64,000 nt of DNA, from NCBI GenBank assembly GCA_964016885.1, contig OZ024743.1:112034001-112098000 (forward strand), in the 5' to 3' direction. Below the pieces are notes generated by a model that did no database searches, was not told where the DNA came from, and was given only the letters and a program-made list of their open reading frames with translations. Both the position numbers and the translations under genes were made by a program. The DNA is from Eledone cirrhosa (lineage: Eukaryota). Positions 1 through 13,700 of this stretch are shown here, piece by piece; position 1 is the first letter of the stretch, and each line of letters begins with the position of its first letter.

Positions 1-1248
1 GAGGAGAGATAATGAAGACAATTGCCGGGGTAGATTACAGCATAGTCTATAATTCTGTTCCCTCCTTATGGATAATAGAAAGTATAAATCTATTTCGAGT
101 AGCAAACAATGTCTCTGAATTCTTTTAATGCGCCATGATAAGCTAGGCGTCTGAACTTATGTTATCGAGAAAGCCGAGTATTGAAATAAAGTGATGAGTA
201 TTACAAATGGGTATATTTTACCAGTGATGATCGTAATATCCATGATATATTTAACGTCGATTTTGCAAAGAACGGATTGTGTGTATGAGGAAAACAACAA
301 TTTAAAATGTGCTAGCAACTTTTCCTGGATGCCCTGATCATGTAAGAAAAGAACGAAGATGAAATAGACGCACGAGTAAACACTATTCAAATTTTCTGAA
401 ACTGATGGAATAGTGTTCAAAGATGACAAACGCAGAAGACCGTCGATAAAATTATAGTACAGTGAAAATTGACAAGAGGTAGAAGTTTCAAATGAAGGAT
501 AATTTAAAAACGGATATATTTCAATGAGTGACTGTTAATAGATTTGGGGTGTTGATATGATAGTAATTTGGTTTATATCTTGTTAGGCTTCAATTGAGAA
601 GACGTACCATCGAAATATTCCCGGTGCGTCGTTCCGTCTTTTCATTCACTGAAATTTATCTCATATCTTTCCAGCTAGTTGTGATTCGAATACATACTCC
701 TGCTACAAATGTTTACTGGAGCAAAAGATTATTTTATGCTATATCTATATGTTAATACATGTACATATACAAAGTTAGTATTACATGTATTTCGCTAAAT
801 GAATTACTAAATACAAAATCAAATCTCATTTTCACAAGTAAATATCCCTTTCCTTCCTTCCTTTCTTTCTTCTTTCTTTCTTTCTTTCTTTCTTTCTTTC
901 CTTTCGAACACCTGTCGTCGCCATATGAATGTTGATACTAATAAACGTATTTATTTCTCCGTTTTATTCTAACATTCTTATGATGATCCGAAGTTAATTA
1001 GAATATAGTAGAGCATCTGACATCTGCATCTACAAAAGGGAATTAAATTGAATATTACAACTGAACTTGGAAATGTGTTAATGAACGTCGTACAAGGACA
1101 ACACACTATACAAAATAGTATGTTTAAACGATTTTCTATGAAATTTAGTCATATAATAATGCTTTTTTTAAAATTGTAAATGACAACCTATGACATTACA
1201 TATGCACACACACACAACTAAATATAAATGTAGTCGAAACACATATAC

Positions 1249-1283
<35 letters not shown>

Positions 1284-1299
1284 CATGAATGTATATATA

Positions 1300-2168
1300 C
1301 GAGGTGTGTCAGAAAAGTTCCAGGACTGATGTCACAAAAGATTTATTTCAAACCCAAACTTCACACTAAGAGTTTCTCCTTCGAATTAATCCCCCTGGAG
1401 TCTAATGCACTTCTCCATCCTTTTCTGCTACGCTTGCATGCACTCCTGGAAGGATTCTTCTGGGATCCCCCCAGTTCCGTCGTCACGGCCTTTTTGATGT
1501 CGTCCACGTCTTCAAAACGGGTCCCCTCCGGGTTGTACTCGAAGATCCTTGACTCATCACCGGTGATGACTGTCACTAACAAGTCTGGTTCAGTTTCAAG
1601 ACGCTCGAGGATGTCCTGGCACAATTGCATGCGTCGACCCTTCTGGTCATCGTTCAGCAGTTTTGGCACCATCTTCGCGTAGACTTTCCGCATGTCCAAA
1701 TCTTCAGTGAGAATCTTCTAGACGCTGCCTCGATTCATGCCCAGCTCATTTGACATCATTCTAACAGTCAGCCGACTCTCCTGGTTTTTGAGGGTGCTAC
1801 GCCCCTGGGGTCATCTTCCACGTCTTCGCGTCCTTCTTTAAACCTCTTTCACCACTCAAAAACACGTGAGGGTGACATCGTCTCATCTCCATACACTTGC
1901 TGCAGCAATCCCAGTGCTTCTGACGGAGTTTTCCCCAACCGTACCAGCAACATCAAGTTTGTTCGTTGCTCTGTGCTCATTGCTTGATGACCTGAAACAG
2001 GACATGTATATAAAATTCTGAAGAAAAAGTTTGATCACTGCAGGGAGCTAAGATTACAGTTACATCCTCCAGGAGGATTACATTGAAGGAGAAAATTCTT
2101 AGTGTGAAGTTTGGGTTTGAAATAAATCTTTTGTGACATCAGTCCTAGAACTTTTCTGACACACCTCG
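1300..2168 (-). mobile_element. Internally deleted mariner (Tc1/mariner) DNA transposon with ~100 bp TIRs
   Basis: TIR cgaggtgtgtcagaaaagttc...ccccctggag (1300-1400) is the reverse complement of 2067-2168. TA precedes the left end. Minus-strand ORF 1361-1699 has mariner motifs (MRKVYAKMVPKLL, ITGDES, RFEDVDDIK). Confidence 0.9.
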
Positions 2169-2237
2169 AATATATATATCTATGTATACTTATATATACA
2201 TACACACATATATATGGGTTACCTTGAGCCAATCCTC

Positions 2238-2260
2238 TGCGAAACGCGCGTAACATGTCG
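2238..2260 (+). ncRNA. 3' half of a minimal hammerhead ribozyme (5' half lost)
   Basis: GAAA-cgcgcg (palindromic loop 3)-TA-acatgtcg, in a short TA-flanked element (~2216-2312). Confidence 0.4.
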
Positions 2261-2309
2261 ATACACAATAAATATATTTTATATGTAAACGAAACTTCCC
2301 CGTCTTTTT

Positions 2310-2371
<62 letters not shown>

Positions 2372-2372
<1 letters not shown>

Positions 2373-2903
2373 TAGCAGAATGTCCCCGCGTTACTCAGGA
2401 TTTGCTCTAGGGTTCTTATATATTTGATATATATTTATCCTTATTGAGCCTCGTGAAATAAACACGTTTATTTATATTTTGTTATTGTGTATGCAAAAAT
2501 ATCTGTATACGAATATATAATTATATATATCTATATATCTAAATCAGAGAATGTCTGTCGGTCTGTCTGTATGTCAGCTCACTAACACTTGAGAACCACC
2601 CAACCGATTGTTTTCAAACTTTACACATGTAATACTTATGGTCCTGTGAGTGTTTTGAGGAAAATGTATTTCAAATTTTCAATGCCCTAGGGACCACATT
2701 AGGCGAATATAGCGATCTCTCTCTATAATTCTTAGTATTTCTTTTTAGATAGATACATAGATATAACGTTGCGCCCTTATAATATCTGTCTGTATGTCTG
2801 GCTGTGTGCATTACGTCATTATGACGCGATCAGTGTGTGTGTATATATATATATGTATCGTAAGGCAGACAGCAAGAGCTATAGCTTTCCTTCCCTTCTT
2901 CCA

Positions 2904-2938
<35 letters not shown>

Positions 2939-3655
2939 GCTATCCCCTTCTTTTAGTCTGTCTGTTACTTTCACTCTCACTCTTTCTCTTTACAACTCAC
3001 TAACATTAATACTAAAGGGTTAAGGTATTGTTCTCAAAATAAATAATATTAAATCTATGAGATTACCATGAAAATAATATAGGATATATAGAGTAATGTA
3101 AATGCTAAAGGGTTAATTACATCACTCACGCACACATACACACTCACGCATGCAAACGCACCAAACTCACACACACACGCGCGCACGTACACACACACGC
3201 AATAGTTATTCCACTGTCATGTATCTTTGACGCATACAACTCTCAAAAGACAGCGTCTGTTAGTCTTTCTCTCTCTCTCCCGCTATTCCCCACTTTCAGT
3301 CTTTCTGTTTCTTTCACTCTCACTCTTTCCCTCTGTAACTCGTTCACATTTCTCCCCTCTAGCAAAAAACGGTGTGACGAATGGGGAGAAGGAGGAGGAG
3401 GAGTAGAGAGCCACTTGTTCACTTCGCCACTCCCTTACTTTCTCTTCCCTTTCACTCCCTCATTATGTACAGACATTGGCCACTTCACTAATTCGATCCC
3501 TTGGTCAGAATAATTAAATTTTTTTTTTTTCCTCAAAACACTTCCGGGGCCCTACGGGTTACATGTGTAAAGTTTGAAAAAAAACGGTTTGGTACTTCTC
3601 AAGCTTTAGGGAAACAGACACACAGACAGACATCCTCTGTTTTATATATATATAT
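2372..3655 (-). mobile_element. Non-autonomous Helitron-like element, with an oppositely oriented 5' piece at ~2529-2770
   Basis: The minus-strand 3' end is CTAG with a degenerate GC-rich hairpin ~10 nt upstream. The other end resembles 34080-34135. 2529-2770 matches the reverse complement of ~33900-34135. There is an internal duplication (2920-3000 vs 3270-3340). Confidence 0.6.
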
Positions 3656-3659
3656 ATAT

Positions 3660-3733
3660 ATGAGTTCGAAGCTCGGAATGTTATCCTTAATAGGATATTT
3701 CTAAAAGCGAACGAAACCCTAAGGGTAGAAGCG
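3660..3733 (+). ncRNA. 5'-truncated type I hammerhead ribozyme
   Basis: (A)TGA-gttcg...cgaac (stem II, with inner tatcct/aggata)-GAAA-ccc taa ggg (stem III)-TA-gaagcg. The CUG of the core is replaced by the flanking TA tract. Confidence 0.6.
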
Positions 3734-4134
3734 AAATCCTGGTATGTGTATATGCATTTTTTCTTCTAACTTTAATTTTATTCCTAATTATGTATGGTGA
3801 ACGGTATATTTAATCGATTTCCACGTGCTATTGAAATGTTGGGTAACTATTCTATAGCGGTTGGTCGCGAAGTGATTGCTGTCGTTTATTTATCTACTAT
3901 TTCTTCATAGGTGCCTTTTAATCTTATAGCCTGATCTAATTGATTTTTTGTGTGGTTAATTATGTTAATTGGGAGAGGAAAAGGTGTATATATATTATCA
4001 AAAGATTATATGGACATAATTTATAGTATATATATATATATATGTATATTTATAAGAAATAAACGAGTAAGTTTCGTTATATATATAAATATATATATAT
4101 ATATTATATATGTTATATATTCCTTATATATATG

Positions 4135-4530
<396 letters not shown>

Positions 4531-4553
4531 ACACATGTGTGTGTGTGTGTATA

Positions 4554-4834
4554 CACTCCAGTTCCTTTAACAATACTAAACTAGCTAACATCACATCTTT
4601 AGCTGAAGCAGTAAATAACTATAAAAAGAAAAAAAATAGATTTCAAGCTATCTTGGAATACCATTCTGCAAATAACTCCATATCTTTGAGAACAGGAGAG
4701 AATGCAGATTATGTTCCGAGGAGATCTTGGAAATTACTAAATCTAAGGACGATTTATTGAATAAAAGACAGGAACTAATTATAGCTTGTAATCACCGTAT
4801 ACTAAAACCATTTAAGTACTATAAACCTAATTAA
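4554..4834 (+). pseudogene. Penelope-like element GIY-YIG endonuclease C-terminal fragment (frameshifted)
   Basis: HSSSFNN...TSLAE then ECRLCSEEILEI...LLNKRQELIIACNHR, which aligns with the C-termini of the two other PLE ORFs (CNLC..E.L.I...LLN...L...C.H). Confidence 0.75.
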
Positions 4835-5067
4835 ACATTATAAATAGCAACTCACTATAGTTCTATGTGACGTACCATTTGTTAGTATCCCCTTCCCCTA
4901 AGTATGCGACTTCATGTTTATTTTTTTATTTTTTAACCTTTTAATATTTTAGCTTCCATAGATTCATGCGTTACTGACTAAGGGCATCAAGGTACATAAC
5001 CACCTGTAATTGCATGGGTATACATGTTTCTATGTATGTATGATAAAAGAATATATATATATATATG

Positions 5068-5126
<59 letters not shown>

Positions 5127-5961
5127 ATGTGTGTGTATATGTGTATGTACATGTATGTGTGTGTACATGTATATATGTATGTATAAGTGTGTGTGTGTAT
5201 ATATATAATATATTTGTGTCCGTGTATGTATGTATATGTATATGTTTATATCTATGTATGCGTATGTATGTTTTTAATGGAGTTTCAATGTAATTATAAC
5301 TCTATCTAAATATGTGAATATATGTACTTTGTAATCGAAGAAAATTATGCGTTTTGATTATATGTCAACATGCATTTATCTGAGTTTGATTACTTATCCA
5401 TACACCCACTTGAAAATATTTACCATTTTATATTTGATGATGCATCATACGCTATATTATACTTTATACTATATACAATGTACCATACTGTACTATATTA
5501 TATTACATAATATTATATTGTTATATTTTATTATCTTATTACATTTTTTATCTTTTAATATACTATCCTTCCTAGTTATGAGAATTACTTTCCCTATCTA
5601 TATTAATATTTTCTGTATATTTTATATTTACTTATTTATATTCACCTAAAAATTCCATACAACACAACTCAACATTTAATTTTTGCATTCCTTTTTAAAC
5701 TTCACTCCACCATCTACATTCCACTATCAATATAACTAATCCCTTTTCTTCATAGGTTCTTTATAGTAATTCTATTTTTAACACCTTTCAACCATTCCTT
5801 TCAAAGGGTCATGACCTCAACTAAAGTGAGTTATATTTCATCTTAACATCATATGGCAAAAAAACATTTGATTGGTTTGTTCTTCAGCTACCTACAAATA
5901 AGGTCATAGAACTCAATTTACTATTGATTTTGAATAAAATTTTCATTGCATTTGACAACGG

Positions 5962-6083
5962 CTGATGACATACATGTAGGTAAATATATTCCTTATCTGA
6001 TATTTTGTAACTAACCCTACATAGATCGATAACGAAATATGCGTAAGATGTATTATTATCACCTAGAAACGATCGTAAAGCAG
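5962..6083 (+). ncRNA. Degenerate tandem hammerhead motifs
   Basis: CTGATGA (5962), stem atgtagg/cctacat, GAAA-tatgcg-TA (6034-6045), then a second GAAA-cgatcg-TA (6066-6077). Stem I is poor. Confidence 0.4.
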
Positions 6084-6261
6084 TGAAGTATATTTCTAAT
6101 GACTTGAATTTGTATTTCATTGTTTTAACTTATATCATGACTCTGTTTTCCTTTTGATGTTTTATTTTAACCTACATTTTCAACATATGGATTACATTGA
6201 GTTATTCATGCAGGCTAGTCGCCACAGCTAACCGTGGATATTTCTGTGCATATATATATTC

Positions 6262-6380
<119 letters not shown>

Positions 6381-6477
6381 ATGTGTGTGTATGTGTGTTT
6401 ATGTGTGTTGGTGTGTGCGTATGTGTATGTATGTGTGTGTATGTATGTTAGTGGTCGAGTACTCCATAGTGGTGAAT

Positions 6478-6570
6478 TCATGCTGCTATATTAAGCATTA
6501 CGACAAACCCCATTCGGTCTGCCACTGCTGCTGTCACTTGCTGATCAACTAGCAGTTAATGCCACACGTG
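6478..6570 (+). repeat. Unclassified dispersed repeat (second copy 34317-34408)
   Basis: catgctgctatattaagcatt...cactgctgctgtca.ttgctga...actagcagttaat.ccacacgtgg is shared by both loci. Confidence 0.6.
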
Positions 6571-6939
6571 GGATAATTGCACCGTCATGAAAATTCAGTA
6601 GTCAGGTCGAATTTTGTAAATGTGTCATACGACTGCTGGCCCATGAGTATTTTCCTGGCCGCAATTTGTTGATTTTCGATTTGTTATTAATCAATGATCA
6701 GCAGTTTCTCCATGAAATGTGAAACAGGTCTGTACCAGCTTTGACGTAGACTTTGCACTCCGGTGGATTGATGAAATTTTGAGTACTCTAACATTTTCAT
6801 ATGTTAATTTGTCGGTAGAATAATTACACTGTTTTGGTAGCTGAGGCTTCTGGCTGGGAATTGTGTATTACAATTATTCCAATACGTGTGTTCCAAACGA
6901 ATTTGTTGGGCAAATTGTAAACAGCGAAATCGAAACCAT

Positions 6940-7120
6940 TGGATATCGATATCGGTAGAGGGGCAGACGCCATGCTTTGCAGCAGAGAGTTACGGCCCTT
7001 TAAGATCCGATTTCAAATCCCACCGAGGTTAACTTTGCCTTTCATCCTTACGAGGTCGATAAAATAAAGTACCCCTAATGCACTGGGGTAATTGATGGCC
7101 TTGTGCCAAAATTAGAAACA
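6940..7120 (+). mobile_element. tRNA-derived SINE (main family in the window)
   Basis: B-box-like ttcaaatcc followed by gaggttaactttgcctttcatccttacg.ggtcgataaaataaagtacc and a ggccttgtgccaaaa.tagaaac tail. Many copies in the window. Confidence 0.85.
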
Positions 7121-7140
7121 CTTATATAACCTTATATATT

Positions 7141-7196
<56 letters not shown>

Positions 7197-7241
7197 GTGA
7201 CGAAACATAAGTCAATTGCATGAACTCATAATCCTTTATTT

Positions 7242-7297
7242 ACTGCTATATATATTTCAATGATAGCCATTGAATGGCTATGACCTCATCAGGCAGT
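7242..7297 (-). ncRNA. Type I minimal hammerhead ribozyme (probable 3' pseudo-LTR of the 8.4-10.8 kb PLE)
   Basis: Minus strand reads actgc-CTGATGA-ggtcatagccat tca atggctatcatt-GAAA-tatata-TA-gcagt. Stem I is a perfect 5 bp, stem II has 8 perfect bp plus a G-U base, and loop 3 is palindromic. Confidence 0.85.
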
Positions 7298-8400
7298 TAG
7301 TCAGTTCCTTGATATGCCAGCTCTGTGTGTATAGTGTTGATGGTATCAGAGCCTTGGGACATATGAGCTTGTTAGGGATATTTTGATGTTGTCAGCAGGA
7401 ATAGTCTTGATTCTCATTGTTCAGTTTGTAGATGGTAGTAGGTTGGTATTTGACCTCAAAGAGGCAGGTGGTTCTGTAGGGTTCAAACCATCAGGCAAGA
7501 TGACAATAGTTCCACATGACTGATTTTCACAAAAGGCATTCTTGGTTAAATATATTTTTAAATAAGAATAATAGTATGAAATTGAGGAATTTATGTGGAG
7601 TGGTGCTACTGAAAATTATGGTTGGATTAGAAGGTTTACAAATAAAAAGGCTTATGTAGGTTGGCTTGCACTACACTCACACACACCTCCACAGACACAT
7701 ACACACTTCTACACATACAAAAAGTGGGGTGGTAATACTTAATATATGGTTAGAGTCCAATACTTAGATAGTTTAGAAAATTTAGAAATAAAGGGTTTAT
7801 GCTGGTTCACTTGTACATACACTCACACCTACCCCCTCAAACACTCACACATCTACACACACACATCCATACAGGTGTGCATATATACATATGCATGCAT
7901 GCATGTACGGACAAGTATACACATATATATATGTACATATATATAAAATATATATATACACAGAACATGCATATATATGAAATATATACATACAAAAAGA
8001 TAAAAATATATATATATATACATAGGTACACACACACACACAAAATATATACACACGTAAGACATATATATATATATGAAAAATACACACACACATACAC
8101 ACACATATATATATATATAAAATGTATACATACAGATACGCACACATATATAAAAGATACGCATACATACACACATAAAATACACATATATATACACATG
8201 ATACATATATACATATATATATATATAAAATCAGGTTCAATAAAACATCGTTTAGATGACTTCCAACCAGTAGAGGATCCGGTGGACCATCCACCATAAG
8301 GACCGAAAACCATGGGTGGTTGTTTTTGTTCAATGGTCATTGGTACGGGGTGTAGGGGACCTACCGGGGGGGGGGGCTTGTAGGAGGCCGTAACCGGAGT

Positions 8401-10763
8401 TTATCCATATAGCTTGAGGAAATTTCCCGTCCTTAGGTGGCTGCAGGCAGCGAATAAGTCGGCCCTTCTGTTTAATAGCTTGGTTCCGCCATGAAAAATC
8501 TCGAGTGTCTCACTAAGACAGAGGTTGCAGATACCAGACCCGCCTCTGCCTGGGGAAAACTTTCTAACCACGGACCAGACCAGTGAGTGCGGGGTCTTTT
8601 CATGTTTGAGCTTCCAGATCAGTTCAGAAAGGGCCATACATTTCCTCTTATTTATTCTGTTAAAGGAATGGCGATGGTTATACCACCGAGCTTTGAAGCT
8701 CGTCGCTGTGGATCCTATGTAGTGGTGTTCCGGGTTAGGGCTTGTGACCTTGCACCTGTATACCACGTTTTTGGTCATGCATTCATTACTAAGCCCACCA
8801 CATGTACCGCGTGGTTAGCATCACTCGGGGTTGGCTGGATAGCCTCGTGCAATCAGCACAGGGTCTTTGAGTTCCGGTGTGCTAGTTGGGCCTGTCCGGG
8901 TTCCGATGCGTCCCGCGTTCTGGTTCTGTTGGGTGGCTCCGGGGTTTACGGTGGTATTAGAGGCAGTGAGCCTATTCCTATTTATGCCATCTATGTGCTG
9001 GGCTACGGAGCGTGTAGTTGAGTAGGAAAGTTTCACCGTGTGTCTGTTGAATATTTTATGGTACTTATGGGCCCTAGGGAAACATATATCAAGTACTCTA
9101 AAGAATGTTTTAGCCAGGCTGGTGCGTAGACCCACCGAATACGGAGGGTTATACCATGTGACCTTCCTGGTCCTATTCTTACGGGATTGTTGGGTATTCG
9201 CTGTGGGCCATCGCGTGGTTGTGCACAGTTCAGGTCCAACTCGGTTGGTGTCACTTGGGTGTGCGGAGCGGTCACTATCATGAGGGTTATATAGGCCCAC
9301 CGTGGGGTTATAAATCTGCGAGGCGCGCCTCCCTGCTCAATTAGGATTCGGCGGGTGGTGGGGCCGGTGCAGGGGTGCCTATGCACCGCAGCACAGTGGT
9401 CTTCAGCGTTGTAGGTATTAGACCGGTGGCGTATGCGGGACCTCCTACCGGGTGTGGCGACGGATAGGGGTCTGGGAGTGTTACCACCGGTCCCCGAGAT
9501 ATTAGGTGGGCGACTCATGCCCCTGAGGGTATAGGTCCGGGGTACCCTTGGGTCATCTCGATCATGTCCGTTAGGTTTATAGCTGATCCTATCGCTGTGG
9601 GACGTCTTAGCTAGTGCTGAGTTATAGTAGTCAGCGTTACTATTGAAGATCTCTTCATTGGCTAAACAAGTTAGAGATCCTGTCAGAGACACTCTTAACT
9701 ATGGCCTTTACTATAGACCTAGGGTGGTTAGACTCAGCGTTGATATAGACCAGCTTCTCATTGGGGTTATGATATGGATGGTGGAGCTTGATGTTGAGAT
9801 TGAGGGTGGTGTCCAGGAAATTCACTACTTGTCTATTGGGTTCCATCTCGACCTTAAGTCCTACCTTAAAGTCATACCATTGTGGTGCTGTGGTCCACTA
9901 CGGTGAAGAGTGCGTCGGCTCGGTACAGCCCGCCGCCCAGGTCAGGTATTTATCTCCTGATCTCGTAGAGTATGTATATCCCAACCAAGTCCGTTAGCTG
10001 CGCGGAGTCACTGGAGCCCATTGTAATGTCAAAATTATTTGGCCAGTCGCTCCGGGTCCATATCTCCCCACCGAATCGGATCAGGGTCTTTCTGGCGGCG
10101 TGTATGATTCGGACCTCCTCGCGTGTTAGGTCTGTCCTATTCATCGCGAATATGAGTGCCTTGTTCAGGACTATGGGCGATATATAGGAGTAATAATTAT
10201 TGATGTCTAGTTGTATAAAGCTAGTGCTATGTTTATCAGGTAAAAATGTAAACCAGTCCAGCACCGGGCTGGTGCAGGACGGGAGTTGTAACCATATTTT
10301 ACTCTTAAGTGTAGGAAGGATTCTATCTAAAAATGCTTTTGCTAATAATCCCCATGTCTGACCGGGAGGGGGCTATGAGTCTGGCCGGCAGGGTAGACTC
10401 GAAGTTTGGTTTGTGGTCCTTAATGGTAATCCTCGGCTCTCTTGGTTGATATTGGGCCGTCCTATCATCTATACCAAGACCAGAAATGATCTCATAAGCC
10501 TTGGTGTTGATATCCTCCAGGGTGGCCTCGGGCGTTTTTTTGTAGCTTTTTCTCAATTCCCTGAGGATTAGCTCATGGTAAAGTTGAATGTCCATGCTGT
10601 AAAGGTTGTTGGTTTTGTCGGCATGGACGAGTATTCCTGTAGATTCCTTAAGCTCAGCAATTCCATTTTCAAGTCGTCTAAGGTACTTTCGACTCCTGTA
10701 TGGTTGGTCGGGAAATTTGATGTTGGAAATGATGCCAATCATATCGTTCTCAAACTCCTCCAT
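8401..10763 (-). pseudogene. Penelope-like retroelement RT + C-terminal GIY-YIG endonuclease, disrupted and 5'-truncated, relatively GC-rich
   Basis: Ordered motifs ADKTNNLY, KDHKPNF, LDINNYY, FDITMGSSDSA, GLYRAD (catalytic YxDD mutated), VNFLD, TWYNPPYS, VVYRC...YIG...FKARWYNH, CNLC. Contains stops and frameshifts. Confidence 0.92.
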
Positions 10764-11070
10764 ATATATACATATAAATCACTTCTAAAGGAGTAGTAAT
10801 GTTTTATTCATATAAATCATCATTCATAAGAACAAAATGGTTCTACTTGTAGAAATCATTAATATATAAAATAGAAATGACTGTGGTCTATTCAAGATCA
10901 CCATTGAGAATAAGTTTTTATCAATTTTGTAAAGCGAACACACACACACCAAACATAAAACATACACGCAAACACATCCTCAAACAGAGACAGAGACAAT
11001 AATAAATAAATCAATAAAATAAAAATGACGTAGATATTACAATACAACAGGAGGAAACATAATTACACCA

Positions 11071-11110
11071 CTGATGATGTCACAGATGTGTGACGAAAGA
11101 ACTTTGATAG
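11071..11110 (+). ncRNA. Degenerate hammerhead motif
   Basis: CTGATGA-t-gtcaca gatg tgtgac-GAAA gives a perfect 6 bp stem II. Stems I and III are decayed. Confidence 0.45.
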
Positions 11111-11262
11111 GTTATATATATTTATATCTGTATTTTTAACCGTTGGTCAATCAATGATAAACATTGATTGCTAGATAAATTAACTATGGAGATATAAAAG
11201 ATAGAGAAGCGAAAACCAATCCAAACCAAACAGTGAGTTTGTTTTATTATTATTTCTGGCAG

Positions 11263-11446
11263 TGGTATTGGCAGTATTGGTAGAGGGTCGGTCGTCATGC
11301 TTTGAAGCATAGAGTTACCTCCCTTTATGATCTGAGTTCAAATCCCGCCGAGGTTAACTTTGCCTTTCATCCATACGGGGTCGATAAAATAAAGTACCTG
11401 TAATGCACTGGGAAAATTGCTGGCCTTGTGCCAAAAGCAGAAACAA
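11263..11446 (+). mobile_element. Full-length SINE with target-site duplication ttatttctggca
   Basis: Family consensus; the TSD lies at ~11250-11261 and ~11448-11459. Confidence 0.88.
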
Positions 11447-11493
11447 TTATTTCTGGCAATATTATAACATTATGACCCTATATGTATAATATA

Positions 11494-11574
11494 TATATGA
11501 TTGTGCATATGTGAGTATGCATGTGTCCGTGCATGCATATCATAAAGCAGAGAGAAAGAAAGCGGTGAAGGGAG

Positions 11575-11620
<46 letters not shown>

Positions 11621-11737
11621 CCCTTCACCGCTTTCTTTCTGTCTCTCGTTCTCTCCCTCTCTCTCTCTCTTTCTCTCTCCCTGCTTTATTATATGCATGC
11701 ACGGACACATGCACACTCACATATGCACAACCATATA
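11494..11737. repeat. Inverted duplication centred on a (TA)n tract
   Basis: 11494-11573 is the reverse complement of 11620-11737, with an indel in a CT-rich part. Confidence 0.85.
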
Positions 11738-12029
11738 CAAGCATATACAATTATTTAGTTACCTCTAAAATATAATTCACAATGTATATGAAGCCATATA
11801 TGGTAACAGCTGGTATCTGTTCTATTTGTGATAAGAAAGGTGAAAACTGGCGAAGGTGAAGATGGAAAGCAACATGTTGGGGCCTTTAAATAATTATAAC
11901 GGCATCTAACTTAGTGATAATAATAGAAAACTGTGGGGAGAAAAACAAAAAGTAATCCGATTCCAATACTTCACTGTTATGCGTTGGTTCCCTGTTTATT
12001 TTCTATCCACAGCATTGTCTATTAATTCT

Positions 12030-12240
12030 TTCAGTTTTAGGCACAAGGCCAGCAATTTGGGGAGCGAAAGGTCGATTAAATTGACACCAATTTGTTACTG
12101 GTATTTTAGTTTCTCGTAAAGGATGGAAGGCAGAGCTAACCATGGCGGTATTTTAAATCAGAACATAACGGGCCGTAACTCTATGCTACACAGGATGTTG
12201 TCCGGTGCCCTACCGATAATGCCAATCTACCACGCTAGCA
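12030..12240 (-). mobile_element. Diverged SINE copy
   Basis: ggcacaaggccagcaattt...ggatggaaggcagagctaacc...ggccgtaactctatgct. Confidence 0.7.
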
Positions 12241-12309
12241 TTGTATATTAATATAAAGCACCTGTTGCTGTTGATGTTGCGTATTGTTGTTATTGTTATT
12301 ATTAATGTT

Positions 12310-12515
12310 GGCTCGGTAGAAGGTCGGGCGCCATGATTTGCAGCATAGTGTTGCGGCCCTTTATCATCTGAGTTTAAATCCCGCAGAGGTTAACTTTTCC
12401 TTTCATCCTTACGGGGTCGATAAAATAAAGTACCAGTCATGCACTGGGATCGATTTAATCGACTTACCCCTCCCCCCAAAATTGCTGGCCTTGTGCCTAT
12501 ACAAGAAACCAATAT
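12310..12515 (+). mobile_element. SINE copy
   Basis: Family consensus with an intact middle segment. Confidence 0.85.
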
Positions 12516-13529
12516 TAATGTTGCCGTTGTTTTTATGCTGCGTATATTTGCTGATGTGTTGTATTGTTCTCCGATCGAGACAATTAACAAAGTTTCTATT
12601 CCACAATTCACTCGCCATCTTTACCACCTTCAGTCTCTTGGACATATTCCAGCATTTGTTCATCTGGGTAGAATTGGTGCTAAAATACAACGATAATTCT
12701 GTTTGACTGTAATATCTACTTTAAGCTGTTTCCAACGAATGTTAAAATATCGAAATTAAATGAAAATGTGAAGTTTCTAGAAAAAGCATTACAATTTTGA
12801 CTCCTTGCTATTTCAGTGCATAATTCTCTTGAACACCATGAATAAATATTCACATAAGAATAAAAGTTTAAAATTTTACTACAGAGATCATATTTATGGT
12901 AGCGTTTAAACTGAAACCATAGAATCTCCTAAGAATTTGTATTTCTCAAGAGAACGATAAATTTTCGCATGTACCAAGTTGCTAGGGGAATACATGAACA
13001 ATTTATACTATTGCAACATTAATTTTCGTAAATGAAATATTTCACTACTTTGCAGGAAAACCACAATTGGCATGGAAGTATTAAACACCCATACAAATAT
13101 ATGCATTTACATATTAAAAGCTTACATATTTTAACTTATGAATACATATATTTGAGAGTTTTGGTTTAATTTTTTCCAATTATCTCTATAATATTCATAC
13201 ATATCTATCAAGTAAGTAAGCTTTTGTCCGTCGCTAGAGCAATCAAAATTAACAATCTCTTTCAAATTTCACTTTACTCTAATAATATACTGGGTATAAG
13301 TCGGATATAATAAAGAGCTAGTTATGTTCGGAACACCGCTCAAACTATGAAAGCTTTGTTCAAAGAAATATATAGAGCAGCATACAGTTCAACATCTCAT
13401 GTGGAAGAGGAATCAAAACGACTTCATTTCATGGAACAATCATTCAAATAATGGGAAGGGAAACCAAAATAGGCATATATAACACAAAACAACAAAGAAT
13501 ATAATAAACAAATGCGCTGATAGAACAAA

Positions 13530-13700
13530 ATAATTGTTTCTACTTTAGGCACAAGGCCAGCAATTATCCCAGTGCATTACTGGTACTTTATTTTATCGAC
13601 CCCGTAAGGATGAAAGGCAAAGTTAACCTCGGTGGGATTTGAACTCAGATCATAAAGGAAAGCATGGCGTCCGACCCTCTACCGATACTGCCAATTACTA
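13530..13700 (-). mobile_element. SINE copy
   Basis: Reverse complement of the family consensus. Confidence 0.85.

Noticed and set aside
588-630. ttgagaa-gacg tac catc-gaaa hammerhead-like motif
   Set aside because: No stem I complementarity and a poor stem III.
7197-7220. Plus-strand gacGAAAcataagTC adjacent to the minus-strand ribozyme
   Set aside because: Only a short half motif with no core or stem II partner; it could be chance.
8779-8823. TGA and TAA in frame between linker and endonuclease of the minus-strand PLE, as possible selenocysteine recoding
   Set aside because: The TGA is not at a Cys position and is followed by TAA, consistent with decay.
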